Source: Eukaryota sp. GEM-RC1
Taxonomy: Eukaryota
Reading direction: 5' to 3'
Length of the DNA: 64,000 nt
NCBI GenBank assembly: GCA_040285855.1
Contig: JAUFOQ010000005.1
Span: 2,108,001 to 2,172,000 of the forward strand
In this document: positions 13,740 through 27,536 of the stretch, piece after piece
Position numbering within the stretch: position 1 is the first letter of the stretch
How the letters are laid out: every line of letters begins with the position of its first letter
Notes under the pieces: model-generated
Databases searched by the model: none
Told to the model about the DNA's origin: nothing
What the model saw: only the letters and a program-made list of their open reading frames with translations
Made by a program: the position numbers and the translations under genes

Positions 13740-14709
13740 TTATGATTTTGTAGAAATTACTTGTTTTTCTGGTGGCTGTAGTCTGGTCATTATATATGTG
13801 CTTTGTATTAAAAAAGAGAAAACTTTATTCGGCACCCAATTCGGTAACCTTCCTACAAAACTATGAAATTGTAAACACAAACAAATAACACTAAGATTAA
13901 ATCCACACGACTTCATCACCACCCGGTAAAAGATTACGTTTATCAACATTAACCTTCTCACCAAACTTGTACAATTTCTCAATTAATCGAGAGAAATAGA
14001 AAGGCATATTCTGATATATGGAAAACACAATACGGTTTTCCATTCAGCCATTCTAAACCTACGCTTCTTTTCTTTACACAGTTCTTCGAAATCCTTGAAA
14101 AATTGATCTCCAGCAGGACTAATAGAACCAAAAAGAGAAACAACAAAAGGTTGAAACACAAATTTTGAATATGAGTTTCTATTTAATTCTTCTACTTGAG
14201 AGTCATACTTGGAGTGTTTGAGCTTTTCAGCAGCTGTTAACGGGTTAAAAGAAGAATTTAATATCCTACTAACACAAGATTTGTTACAAACATCTACTGT
14301 ATTAAAATGCATTAATGATTGACTCGATTTAAGCCACGGAGTAAGGAGATCCCCTCTTTTTGATCAGTAAATTCATTATCTGAAAGATGATTCAAAACTG
14401 GTTCAACTTTAGAGTGAAAACCATGTGCTTTAAACATGGAATAACAAGAATCATGAATTACTGCACGTGGATGAATAAAATAACGACAATTAATTAAATG
14501 ACGAAAAACACCATTAGCTCCATAAGAGCAAGTTGAATAGTTCAATAAATTTGCAGGCCAAATAGCCAAACGAACACGTATATTGATACATCCAAGCTTC
14601 ATCAGATAGATGTCATTCATACACCTTTGGAATTTGAGTAATAAATCCAGAAGGTCCACTATTACAAAGGTCAATTAAAAAAGCAGCGAACTCGGGACTA
14701 TTAGTTTCA
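13740..14709 (-). mobile_element. Degenerate CRE-like RLE non-LTR fragment (duplicate of 5480-6447)
   Basis: STCSYG...HLINC...RAVIHD...KVEP motifs. Confidence 0.75.
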
Positions 14710-16050
14710 ATTGATATCAAACCCTGGACGTAATTTGACAGTGAATGATTGAGACTGATGTGTATTGGTATGTTCGATATGTTTTTTTCTTTGAGTATTC
14801 TTAGTTTCTTGAAGTATTTGGTCGTGTGCGGAGAAAACACACAACAAGGAAACAACAAATAAATAAACACTATTAAAACAAATTATCAAACGAACTACCT
14901 AATTCCGAAAAGTAGTTGCCTCTAAACAACTTGGACAAAATGGAATCAACATAGACCTAAAAATCGAAAAAGCAAATTTACTCTGCCAGTACGATCTGTT
15001 AACCCTCTTTAAATTCTGAACACAAATTTTCAAATAAATTGAAAAACTCCTTGGTAGAAGAACCGAAAATTTCCGGCTGAAAAGCGGAAAGACGATATTC
15101 TTGTGTCTTCGTAAATTCTATGCAGCAACTTGATGTACGTACTTAGACACTTTGGCGTTCTCAGCGTCTTCCAGTGGATCATTTGAAGTATTCAAAATAT
15201 TGGCAATAGCTGAAGCTTAAAAAACTTATTCTTTAATGTAATGCCTACTCAGATTTGTTTATCCTTTCAAATTCCTACAAAAGTATACTGTTAACTACAA
15301 TGGTTAGTTGAAAGAGATACTAAATAAACTTAACAATTTTTGGGATTCATGTCGTATGTAAATCTAGTAAATCGAATGATTTATTACGCCGTTGTTAAAG
15401 TCACTTTTGGTGAAGAGTTCAGTTTCCAATGTACTCGAATAATTGTACAATAAATGTTTCAATTTGTTACTTATGAAAGCTGAATACTAGACCGAACTGC
15501 TCAAGCCGAAAAAAATAGTCTAAAGTAACTGCTTCTTTTTGTTCAACAAAATATAGAAATATTGAAAAAAATGATCCAACGGCGTCATCGTTGTTGCAAT
15601 GATAGATCTTTTAAAAAACCGTTTCGGTACTCATTTACAATTGCATTTAGCAAAAGAGCTTGATTTTGGAAAGAATTATTTCAAAGTGATCACAGGTTAT
15701 TCAAGAAGTCGGTTTAAAATTCATAAAAATGAATACACAAGAAGTTCCATTTAGACACGTGTTGAAAGAGGATATTTGTTTCATTTATCCAAAAAGGTGG
15801 GTACACCTATGTTTTAGAAAACTCACAAGTATTGTGTGAGATGAAGAAACAAGAACAAGCGTGAAATTTGAAGATAATTCAAATTTGGCGTATCCTGAAT
15901 AAATCTTTTGGAAACAATAATTCCCATCTTTAATCTTCATTAAAGAAGAGAAACTTTGTAGTATTTGACATTGTCCAAAATAAAAATAAAGTTTAAAACA
16001 TGTCATTAACGTCCATCACGTGACAAAGAATTGACACGTGTCAATCCTAC

Positions 16051-16668
16051 TTAAAATGATATTATAAACACGTTTAAACACCCACACGCCATGAATATCA
16101 ATCCCAATTGCTTCTTAGTCTTCTTCTCCACTAACGAAAACATAATGAAATACAGAAAGTATCCATAAGAAGCACATGAGTACCACAGACTAAGCCACCA
16201 GAGAACAGGTGAAATACAGCCAATGAATCTAACAATACCAGAATAGACAAGGGAGTAGAGCAATAGTGCTGAGCAATCGAAGGTGGATAGTTGAACTGAG
16301 GAGAGAACAGAAAGAGAGATCTTGCAGGTAGTGAGAGTTAGTGCAAGGATCCAAAAGACTCTCCAAGAAAAGGAAGAGAAAGTAGGAGGGGATTTGAGAA
16401 GGAAGGAAGAGAAGGAGAGGGTGAAGAGACATAGGAGAAATGATACTGTGGATAGATACATGTCTGGAGCGTGTATGTCAGCACTAGGAGGGAATCTTTG
16501 TTCATCTGTAGAAGGACGGGGGCAAAGGTACGATGGAGAAAGGGGGACAAGAAGAAGTCTCAGTTTGTTGATACAGTAAGATGAACTAACACCAAAAAAG
16601 AATCGTAGAGGTGCGAAATAGTGTGATATAGATGACAAGGGAGAAGATTTCAGTACAGATGACTTCAA
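16051..16668 (-). CDS. YIF1/Yip1-family membrane trafficking protein (start uncertain)
   Basis: FFGVSSSYCINKLRLLLVP and DIHAPDMYLS match YIF1 motifs (YFxVxxxYVxxKL, APDLYIP); several TM segments. Confidence 0.7.
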   Translation of the reverse strand: MKSSVLKSSPLSSISHYFAPLRFFFGVSSSYCINKLRLLLVPLSPSYLCPRPSTDEQRFPPSADIHAPDMYLSTVSFLLCLFTLSFSSFLLKSPPTFSSFSWRVFWILALTLTTCKISLSVLSSVQLSTFDCSALLLYSLVYSGIVRFIGCISPVLWWLSLWYSCASYGYFLYFIMFSLVEKKTKKQLGLIFMACGCLNVFIISF

Positions 16669-17585
16669 CAGAGAGTTGATGGGGAGAGTAGACGGTGAAA
16701 GTCAGACAGATCATTTCCGTGACTCTCGATTTTGACTCTCGACTTGAGAATCTCAAGGGGATGATAGAAAAATCAATGGTTCTGGTTAAACCAGTGAAAT
16801 GGGTTGGTTCTAAACAACTGAACCCTTCATATTCATAGTTTGTACTGGTTTAGTTCCAGCTGCAAAAACCAGAACCAAACAAGAACCATCGTTACTTGAG
16901 CAAATTTGGACTGATGACGCCATAAACATTGATCATAAGATATTTGCAATTTATAGTTAATCTACTTTCATACCATTCTAGAGGTGTTGGTCTTGACTTT
17001 ACCTCATAGAAGATTCCTGGTCTAAAAGAATTGTGGTGTATAGGTGTATGTAGAAAGGAAAAAGTAGAAATTGATGCTAAATAACGAAAGTGTTCAACAC
17101 TTATTTCTTTAAGAGTCTCATATCTAATTCTACGGAGGATTTTGGTAAACTGCCAGTTTTGCAGATGGTTTCTACATTGACCAACTAATATCTGTTGCTA
17201 AAAGTCTAACGTAATGCAAAATTATATATCTGTCGATTATAACGCTGGTGTTCTTAATTTGTAATTGAAAATGGAAATTTTTGTAAGCGAAATGGCCAAA
17301 AATAATTATAAAAATAGAAGTAAGAAACACAACAAAGGAAAGCTGTGTTTGTATGTTCTTAAACTCAAACCGACACTGTGGAAATACTGTGTATTTCACT
17401 ATGTTTGGATCTTCTTATGCTCGATGTAATTGACGTCAAAAAGCGGTTGTTATGTGTAGTTTCGATTTTTGAACAATTGACCAGCACCTACTACAGAAGA
17501 TATAAACTATCAGAGAAATTTCGTCTTCTTCAAACAAGCCTCCTCTTAAAGCAGTCTTCTGATTCCTCTTCCGTAATTCTCAACC

Positions 17586-18401
17586 ATGACTGATGTTGTT
17601 TCTGATGATGTAAAGCGGGAAATTGCAAAGCACTTCATTGATGATTTTCTAGTGAATACTCGAAACAACGACGACCGTGTATCTAAGAAACGCATAAGAG
17701 CTCTCTATGAAGAACATGTCCCTGAAAAGTTTCGTTTCCCTGCACCCCGAGCTAAAGCCTTCTTCTCTCTCATACGATCTCAACTCAATCTCAAAGGAAA
17801 GGATGTTATCAAGGAGTACATGGTCCATTCAGCCAGACTCTTTCCCCACGATGAAGAAGTCAGTGTCTCTTCCTTCCGTAACTTCATGAAGACCTACGAG
17901 AACCCCTCACCCGAAGCTCACACTCCCAAACCCACCAAAAACTCTACTGACAAGGATTTCCACTTCAATACAGCTGGTTCAAGCTACCCAGAACTATGCA
18001 TCGCTGCAGCTTACGATCACTACTTAATCAGAGTCTTTATCTCGGCTGAACAAGTGTCAGTACTTCCTCACACAGACCCAGAAAATGCTCTGGTAGTAGA
18101 ATACAAGGGGAGAATCTTCATTCCCCCGGAGTACCAACTAATTACTTCTAGTGGTCAGACCAAGACTTCAATCTATCTACAACTCCCAATTGATGCTGAC
18201 ATTGTTTCCGAAGCGGTTAATGTTGTACACTCCGACCATTGGATAGATATAACAGTAAAGAGGACTACTCTGACTGACTCAGTAATGTTTATAGATATGA
18301 CTGATGAACAGCCATCAGTTACCAGTACCCCGATGCAAGAGGAAAATCCGAGGTATAGTGAAGATACTGCTTTTTATGGTAATTTTATGCATAATGGATG
18401 A
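17586..18401 (+). CDS. Hypothetical protein (271 aa)
   Basis: Long ATG-initiated ORF with coding-like composition; no family recognised. Confidence 0.65.
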   Translation: MTDVVSDDVKREIAKHFIDDFLVNTRNNDDRVSKKRIRALYEEHVPEKFRFPAPRAKAFFSLIRSQLNLKGKDVIKEYMVHSARLFPHDEEVSVSSFRNFMKTYENPSPEAHTPKPTKNSTDKDFHFNTAGSSYPELCIAAAYDHYLIRVFISAEQVSVLPHTDPENALVVEYKGRIFIPPEYQLITSSGQTKTSIYLQLPIDADIVSEAVNVVHSDHWIDITVKRTTLTDSVMFIDMTDEQPSVTSTPMQEENPRYSEDTAFYGNFMHNG

Positions 18402-18717
18402 TTTCTAATGTTTGAAACTCAAAAAAGAAAATGTTTCAGACCTGTATTAGTAACGCGATGTTCTCGTTTCTATCATATCTTCACATGTATCACGTCATCA
18501 TGTCACCTGATGACGTGTTATGGTGGTTTCTGTCTGTTTTTGCTGTCATGTAGTTATCCGACGTGTTTAGTCTGCAGTATTGATCACGTCATCAGATTTG
18601 ATGTTTGGTCAAGATTGTTATTACTGTTGTGTTATTATAACACATCAATGGTTTATAAATTATGTTCAGGTTTCGTTTGTTTTCAAATGATCTCCTTTTA
18701 AAAAGGACTTCTCCTCC

Positions 18718-20148
18718 ATGCAAGTTATAGACTACGATGAAGCCTGGGATCAAGAGGTTGGTGTCAACGAGACTGGTGTTGTTATTTCCATCAATCCTCT
18801 TTCAGATGAACAGATATCAGAACTGCCTCAAGGAGTTGGGATAATCTCGTTTATAGAAGAACAGAAGAATCCTGGACTAGTTGACCTACTAGTTGACCAA
18901 AGAGCAACTGTTTGTGCATTGGAAAAGGTTCCACGTACAACCGCTGCTCAATACATGGATACCTTGACTTCTACTGCTAAAGTTGCAGGATTTAAAGCAG
19001 TACAAGAAGGAATAAGGGCAACAGGACGGTTTCCTATGAGTACAGCTACAGCAGGATATCAAGTGAAACCAGCCACTGTGTTTGTGATTGGTGTAGGTGT
19101 TGCTGGCCTAGAGGTTTGTTTAGTCAAAAGAATATTAAACGCAGGCAATCTCAGTTGCAAAGACTCAGGGAGCCAATGTTAAGGCTTTTGATCCTCGTCC
19201 TGAAGTAAAAGATCAAGTCACTAGTCTTGGTGCTGAATGGGTTGACATGGGGATAACAGTTGAAGAAATTGGAGGTTATGCCAGTGACTTACAAGCTGAA
19301 TTCCTAAGACAAGAACAGATGGTCATTGCAAGAGAGTTACAGGACACAGACCTCGTTATAACATCCGCAGCCATTCCCAACAAACCTCCCCCCTGTCCTA
19401 ATTACAGAAGAAGCAGTTGAGAAAATGCCAAGCGGGAGTGTGATCGTTGACTTGGCTGCTGGAAACTGTGAGCTAACAATTCCCAATGAAACTATTAGAA
19501 CTGAAACAGGAGTCACAATCATTGGTGATACTCAACTACCTCGTTTAATGCCAACACAAGCAAGTCTTCTCTTTGGATCAAACATATACGCAATCCTCAA
19601 GGCATTTGGTGGTGGAGACATTAATAGTTTCAGTATGGACCCAAGACATCCTGTCATGGGCCCAATGGTTATAGTGAAGAAAGGGGTTCCATTGGGGCAT
19701 CCTCCTCCACCTCCCAAGCCAAGACCTACAGAGCAACCGAAAGCAGGGGAAGCAGTTCCAGGGACAGCTCCAAAACGAAAACTTTCACCAGAGTCAATAT
19801 TCGCCATCATTTTAGTAGTCTTACTAGCTTCTCTAGCAGGACTTGCACTGCTGACTCCACGGAATGAAGGAGGACTAGCCTTTCTGACCCAGTTCTTTCT
19901 ATTTACTTTTGCTGTTGCCCTTGGCATCTTTGCAACACTGTCAGTTGTCGTTGGGCTTCAGTCTCCGTTAATGTCACTTACAAATGCTATCAGTGGACTC
20001 CTATTACTTGGGGGGAATTATCCAGATTTCTAGAGGTACCAATCCTTGGTCATTTACTGGTTTATTAGGAGTAGCTGCAATTTTTATAGCGTCCATTAAT
20101 TTAATCGGAGGATTTGAAGTTACTCGCCGAATGTTGCGATTTTTTTAG
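18718..20148 (+). CDS. NAD(P) transhydrogenase alpha-subunit region, N-terminally short; intron 19114-19144; frameshifts in homopolymers near 19390 and 20012
   Basis: VPRTTAAQYMDTLTS, VFVIGVGVAGL, GGYA, DLVITSAAIP, GSVIVDLAA-GNCELT, SPLMSLTNAISG, INLIGGFEVTRRML. Confidence 0.85.
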
Positions 20149-22515
20149 TCAGATATTAAACTTGAAAATATATTGTGTTTCTATAAAGAATTCAAACATT
20201 TCATATATTCTCGACAAATAGCTAAAACTAGAATATTGAACATGCAAATAATTAGAATTAATAGGACTGAATCCTAATAATTAAGTACTGATACTAAAAA
20301 TACCAAAAACAACAAATAAGGGCTATGTATTAATACAAATACAAATACAAAATACACAGAATACATGGACTGTATTCTGTATTCCCATCTATGCTTATGA
20401 CATTCATCAACCAATTGTTGTTGTATAACCACCTCAAAGGTTGTCAAATGTACTTGGCCATAGAAGAAGAAGAGTAACTCAGTCAATGTATAACCCTCCA
20501 AGCCAGAAAAAAATGAATGCAGATAATAACAGAAATGAACTCGATAGATGTCCATCAGATGATGTGATTGATCTAGAAGTGAAAATTTTGGAGGACACTA
20601 ATTGGGAAAAAGCGATACCTAATGCTTGCAAGAGTTACCGCGTATCATCTATGCATTCAAGGCATTTCCTTAGCTTTGGAACAACTTTTTGGTTCTGCTG
20701 GCAACATGAATAGCCAAACCAGAACATCCTTGAAGGAACACTGTTGAAGCCCTTCTTTGTAACAAGTCTTGGAGTAACTTCCTTGATCATCAATCATTGA
20801 TAGAGTAGATTTAGTTACAGTGTTGATCTTACTTTAAATAAAGAACTGTATCAATTATTGAACCAATTTTTCAAGTAATTTACATAGTCATCCATCGATA
20901 ATTGTGGATGGATGGTGGACAAGAATTCGTATCTCCACGTGTATGACAGATGAAAGACTTGTCATCCACAGCCACATCTCCATCCATTAACAGCCCCAAG
21001 TATTATTGGTTTGTTTTTACAGATTCACATTGTTTTAGGAAGGTTACCTTTTACCGAATAAAGTGCAGTTCAAAATAATGGAGTTTTCTTACAGTCCATG
21101 CATACTCATAAAATAGTTTACAGTAAATTGAACAACATAAAGTGACAAAAATATATGTCAAATATATATATAAACACATAAACAAAATATATGTAAACAT
21201 GACGTAGTTCAAGTCATGAGAAAACCCAACCCATGAGACAGCAGTCGGCCGTCTAAACGCATCTATTCTTATACTTCCTCTGATGGCTCGTTTATAAGGA
21301 CAAACTGTAATCGCTACCCAATAAGGTAACCTTCCTACAAATTAATAAAACTGCAAAAACAAACAAATAATACAAAGATTAAATACAAACGAATTCATCA
21401 CGATTTTAGTTGAAACAAGGTGTCTTTTGCTTACTCCGAAACAGTCGGTTGAGTGAGAAAACAGCTTCATCCACATCTACTTATTCGTTTCAAGAAATTT
21501 TGACAGTTTCTGAAAATGAGTACGGTTACAATGTACGGTTATGTTGATCATGGTGACATGACTTTTTGAACCGCGTTTATTTGACTATGATCTGAAAGAG
21601 ATTGTCGTACTGAGTATGACTATATCGTCCATCAAGTGCGTGGATAACTGAAAAATATGTATTTATTTTTAGGTATATTTAAACAAAAGTTTATCGATGA
21701 AGGGCACAACAATACGTATCATAGTAAAAGCTATGAAACAGTTAACACAGAAAATTTTGATCAGCAGTACCACAGTACTTATTCAACTTTGTCATAATTG
21801 ATGTAAGAAACGTAGGCATCGAACAGGTAAAATTGAAGATAAAATAAACTTCATTGAAAACCAAACCTCCACATCATCCATATCATTGGAAAATTGTCAC
21901 CATCAGGATATCATCTATGCTTCCATCGTTGGATGTCTTTGATCTGAGTTCCATTGATGTGTAGAGAAACCAGTTTTGTGCGCGTTCTATTTTCAGTCTG
22001 TTTTTGTTCTCATCTCACTTTTTGTTAAAAAATAGTACTACAAAGTGAAAAAACTACAAAAACTCTGTTTCATCGTTTGTTGTGAATAAATGAGTTTGTA
22101 CTCAAACTGTTTCACATGATTCTACAGAGAATACTTGTTTTACAAATTTGATGACAAATTGTTTAAGCACGATGTATGCCTGGCTGAACAAAAACAAAAT
22201 GAGAGTGTATGAGATATTTAGACATTATGAAGGAAAGTGTTGTTGGAAAAATCTGCTAGGTATGGCTTTATGGCCATTGTCAGCCATTCTTCCATACGTC
22301 CATACGTCCATACGTCCATACACCCAAATTAATTCTTGGTTATGGTTTAAGTGCAGGGCACTTCTTTTTTTTCTTCGTCTTCTCTAGGTTCATGGTCACA
22401 ATGATCTTCTAACTTTAAAAGTTCGGTCAATGATTTGTATTTTTGTGACATCTTTCTTGTTAAAAACAACAAAAGTAGTATATGGGAGGTCAAAATTGAA
22501 ACTCTCATATCGGAA

Positions 22516-22565
22516 TTTGTCTCACTGAGACTGTTTTCTAGTGAGACTAATTGAAACAATCAGTG
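22516..22565. mobile_element. Right-end remnant of the agtctcactgagact MITE family
   Basis: gtctcactgagact...gtgagactaattgaaacaatcagtg|ta, ~55 bp upstream of an LRR gene. Confidence 0.55.
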
Positions 22566-22620
22566 TACTACTACATGTAGTAGTACTGGTAAATATCAGA
22601 AAGTCACTTTTCCCTCATCA

Positions 22621-23714
22621 ATGGTCAAACCTCTCTCTGAACCTTTGTTGAAAAGAAGTCGTTCATCCCCTTCCAGTATCTCCTCTGTGATGTCTAACTG
22701 TGACGAACTGTCTGTATTGCCTTCAGCCACAGATTCTCCCTCTAAACGTGTCTGTGTTCAGCAGACTTTGTTGGTTCTGATTCATCTCCACTTGCTGAGA
22801 CGTCTACTCGTGGATCCTCTCGTCTTTGTTCAGGATCAAACTAATCGACATCTATATGGTTTGAAAACAGCGTTACCTGTATTCTTTGGACAAGTTGGCT
22901 ATGTAAGTAATCACTTCCTTGATTCTTCATGCCAAGCAGTTAAAGTGTTTTTGAAGTTCACACCTTTCATGCTAATCTTCATGACATTCCCAAACTAATT
23001 TCACTTGCATCTTTCTTTGGAGCAGATCAACAATCTGTTTTCTTGTACGCTCACAGAACCTTTCAAATTGAGAAAAGTCTTTTTTATTCTGGTATCATTA
23101 CAGGATTGAGAATCGAACTAAGGCAACCCTCTGATTTAGAATTTCTAAACAATTCTTCTTCTTTATTTCCCCGTCTTAAGCAGCTAGAAGTATCAGTGTT
23201 TCAACGCACCTCTGTTTCTATGTTATTGATTGAAGCGTTGAAAACCAATATTACAGTTACAAGTGTTAATCTGGGTTTCAACTATATTGGTGATGAAGGT
23301 GCCAGATCTTTGGCAAATGCATTGAAAGTTAATGCTTCTGTTACAAGTGTTAATCTAGGTGGAAACTCTATTGGAGATGAAGGTGCCAGATCTTTGGCAA
23401 ATGCATTGAAAGTTAATGCTTCTGTTACAAGTGTTAATCTAGTTGAAAACTCTATTGGAGATGAAGGTGCGAGAGCTTTGGCGGAAGCGTTGAAAGTTAA
23501 TGCTTCAGTTACAAGTGTTAATCTAGGTGGAAACTCTATTGGAGATGAAGGTGCGAGAGCTTTGGCGGAAGCGTTGAAAGTTAATGCTTCAGTTACAAGA
23601 GTTAATCTGAGTTTCAATTATATTAGAGATGACTGTGCTAGAGCTTTGGCAGATCTATTGCAAGTTAAACCTGTACTTAAAATAGGGGGAGTAAATCAAC
23701 TCAATAGACCTTAA
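22621..23714 (+). CDS. LRR family gene, copy 4; frameshift near 22950
   Basis: ORFs 22621-22998 and 23043-23714 are collinear with the paralogues. Confidence 0.8.
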
Positions 23715-26213
23715 CTAGTTCTATTTAATTGTTATACTTTTTGTTAAACTGTATAACGTAATGTGTTGAAAATCGAGTGTGAATTTGTATTATTTCTGAT
23801 GGTTTATTGTTGACTGTTTGGCTTTCATCCTCATAAATGTTGTATATGTTTACAGTGGACCTGAAGATTGAGTTCATCCTCAAGTCTTCCTTTCTGGCTT
23901 TTAGTTCCACGGGAACTTCAGATGTTCTCAATCTTACTAACATTATTTAAAAATTTTACGTTTCAACATTTGGTCATCCAAATGAGAACCTCCATCAATA
24001 GTGATCATAAATCTAATTTACTAATTATCAACAGCGTCGGTTTGTTGACTTTAATTTTTCACTCGAAATACAATCCGTGATTTAGATAGAAAAGCTTCTC
24101 CATAGAATCTAGTTATCTCAAAGGCAATTTTCGGTAAACATATTTCCGTATATCGACTACAGTTTTTGATTCTTTCGAAATAATAATCTTAAGCAGTATA
24201 GTGATGATACATTGATATCATAGAACAATTAAATACAGTAGACCCTTTATAAATATAAAAGAACCAAAATTAAGACTGTGTATCTAAATATCTACATGTA
24301 GTTTGTACCATGACTGCAAACATATAGTGCCTGAACGATATCATCATTCAAGGATGGTCATTTTGCAGTCACAACCCAGTGTTGTCCAAAATTATACTGC
24401 AATATATTTTCTGTCATAAATTGTTGAAAATACATTATTGTGATATATCACTATTTATCAATGATAAATAATTGATAGGAAAAAAAGAAAGAGCTATATT
24501 TTAATTAAGTAAGCAGACACTCCAAAGAAAAATAGCTCTCACAGCGTCGAAATTCTAGTACTACTGTTCACGTTCAAAAAAAGCTCACCACCAAGGGCCG
24601 AAGGAGGGAGCTTGGATCTGCGATCAGTCAGTCGAAGTCTCAACTTTTTTTTTGAGAACAGACCTACTACGGGGTTCGAAGTAGCTGATATGAAAAAAGA
24701 TCAACACAATCAGATGATTGATCAATGAAAACTTTGAAATATGATTCTTTTTCGTCACAGGAATAGAAGCTTTCAGGAGGAAGCACGTTTTCAACAGAAG
24801 AGATACAAAAATGTTTGAAAAGCACACTGAAATGTCTTTGTTTTATGTAATCACGTCAGAAAACAGAGGACAGAAATTATCAGAAATAATTGCAATAAAT
24901 ACTGATACGGCTATTTGCCACAAATAAATTAGGTGATAAATTATGTATTCATAGTAGGCGTTTTCTACTTAAACTGATTGAACTCAGTTTGTTTCTATTC
25001 AGATCAACTCATCAAGTGATGAATCGATTGATGTCTCCGAAAGTCGTAGTTCTTAAAATTGAAATATATAGTTTAAATAAACGAACATAACTAATAACGC
25101 TCAAGATTACATTAATTGCAATAACATCAACTTTTCATCGTGAAAACTGTTTGTTTGAATCAACTTGAAATTAGTTCGAACAAGGTTCATCTACTAGTAT
25201 TTTCTAAGATCCAATATTCTCCAATAACTTCAAACATAGAGATTCAATGTGGGAAGTAGAAGCAGTCAAATCTTGTAAACCAAGATTGTATAAGATGCAT
25301 TTGAAGGAAACAATGTCCGCCAGCATTCAAATAAGGACTTTAAAGGATTCACGAAGGTACCAGTCCAATTCATTACAGCTGGTGATTGTAGTTAATGAAG
25401 AAGACATGAAAGTAGGTGACAGTTTTGAGGGAGCTTGCCTCTCAACACAATTTTCCTTCGCTTACAAGACCAAAACAATGTTTTTAACAGGATCGAAAGC
25501 GAGGGAAGTGCAGATTATTCGGAATTGGGTCTGACAAGTACGTGAGAGTCGACTTAGCCGAAAGCTTTCTTTAAAGCTTTCTTTAATTCACATAATGGGA
25601 GCCATCACAGATGGTTTGGCATCAGGATACATATATTTGAATTGTGAAGGTTTCGGTATGGAAACCATCAAAAACATGAACGGAAGAAATCACAAATGGT
25701 GGCAAAGATGAAGCGAAAAAGGAAATCGGTTTATTTGGAGTAAGGTAATGGTTAAGGAAAGACAAAGAGTTGGGCAAGAAATATTTGTCATTGGGAGGGT
25801 AGACTGTACATGTATGGAGAGAGGAGTTAGTCACTGTTGACAGACATGTAAAACTCAGACATTTCACTGTTTACAGTCACACCTAAAATCGTATTCCCAA
25901 GATGACAACGAAAGGAGCCGATGATTGGTGATGAACAAGGGTAGGCTCATGTCTTAAGTTTACCCTTTGTTTCTTTTGCTGCCTAAGAAACAATACACTC
26001 TGTTATCTGCTCTTTCTGAAAGTCAAAAATAAAAAACCAATGTCCCGGTTAAGCTAGATTGGATGTGTGTGATTGTTGCAAAGATAAGGTATCGATCCTG
26101 GCTTATATATGGTACTGTAACTGATGGAAACGGGAAAAAATTGTCGTGCAACAAAATGATGTCGGAGTTTTCCAGAATGAACTCTTCGATTTGAAGTCTA
26201 TTTTCTTCCTCAA

Positions 26214-27536
26214 ATGTCTCACTATCTCTGTGATATTTGTCATGAAATTCTCAAGAATCCGGTAACTACTTGGTGTGGCCACACCTTTTGTATGTCGGAC
26301 TTGCAGGAATGGCTTGTTTCTCATAACGGATGTCCGATCTGTCGAGCTGAAGTGGACAAGTCAAGGCTGTGTCCTAACTACAAGTTGAAAGAAGCTGTTG
26401 AAGCCTTTGTTGCTGGTCAGGGTGAGACTATTCGTTTTGAGTGTGAGGAAGCTGCTGCCACTTGTTATTGCGCAGAATGCGACGCTGATTTCTGTGACGA
26501 CTGTTTTAACCCTGCTCATCGCCCCAAGTTGCTACGATCTCATGCTGCTGTCCCCCTAAATAAGAAGCATGCCTACATTGTTCCCAAGTGTCCCAGCCAC
26601 AGTATGAAGTCGTTAGAGTTGTTCTGCACCTTCTGCTCCGTTGCCCTTTGTTCCACGTGTGCTTTCCTTGGTGACCATGACCAACACAAAAGGAAATTAC
26701 TTCCCTTCGATGAAGGTCGAACCTCCATTGAAAAGAATATCAACTCCATTAATCAAGAGTTGTCGTTAGCCATTGAAAAAATATCACAGTCAGCTGAAGC
26801 TGCTATCCAGCAAGCAACAAGTGGTTTTGTCCAACTCAAAGAAAGTCTGACTTACCTGCTGCAAGAAACTATGTTAGACTCTGCTACCATTATGAATGAC
26901 TTACAATCTGGGAAACCTGTCATTTTTACGCCACACATCAGCGAGAAATTCACTACCACCACTTCAACCCTTCTCAACAACCAATCTGATGTCATTACCT
27001 CTTGAAATGAAGAACTTTGCTCCTTCCACTCCGATGCTTCTCGTCGTTTGGCCTCTCTTTCCGTTGATTCGGAGTCTAGTGTTGCTTCTGCTAGGCTTCT
27101 AGAAGTCCCTCCTTTACCAATCAAGTGTATTGAAAGTGTATGCTCTGTACAACAAGTTGAAGAGAAGAAACTTGTTATTGATTGGAGCAAGCTTAGCTCT
27201 AAGTTGAAGAGTTGTTATGATCAAATGGTGAGAAATGAGGTTTCTACGATCGATCTATGGAACAACTCAATTGGTAATGAAGGCGCTATTGCAATTGCTG
27301 AAGCTTTGAAGGTGAATTCTTCAGTTTCTACGATTTATCTACATAGCAACTCAATTGGTAATGAAGGCGCTATTGCAATTGCTGAAGCTTTGAAGGTGAA
27401 TTCTTCAGTTTCTACGATTTATCTACATAGCAACTCAATTGGTACTGAAGGCGCTATTGCAATTGCTGAAGCTTTGAAGGTGAATTCTTCACTTTCTATG
27501 ATCAATCTACATGTAAACATCTTCTCATCTTTGTAG
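26214..27536 (+). CDS. TRIM-like RING + 2 B-box + coiled-coil + LRR protein; in-frame TGA at 27003-27005
   Basis: CDIC..CGHTFC..CPIC RING; CAECDADFCDDC..H and CPSH..FCTFC..C..C..H..H B-boxes; ORF 27048-27536 is in the same frame and carries 3 LRRs. Confidence 0.8.
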
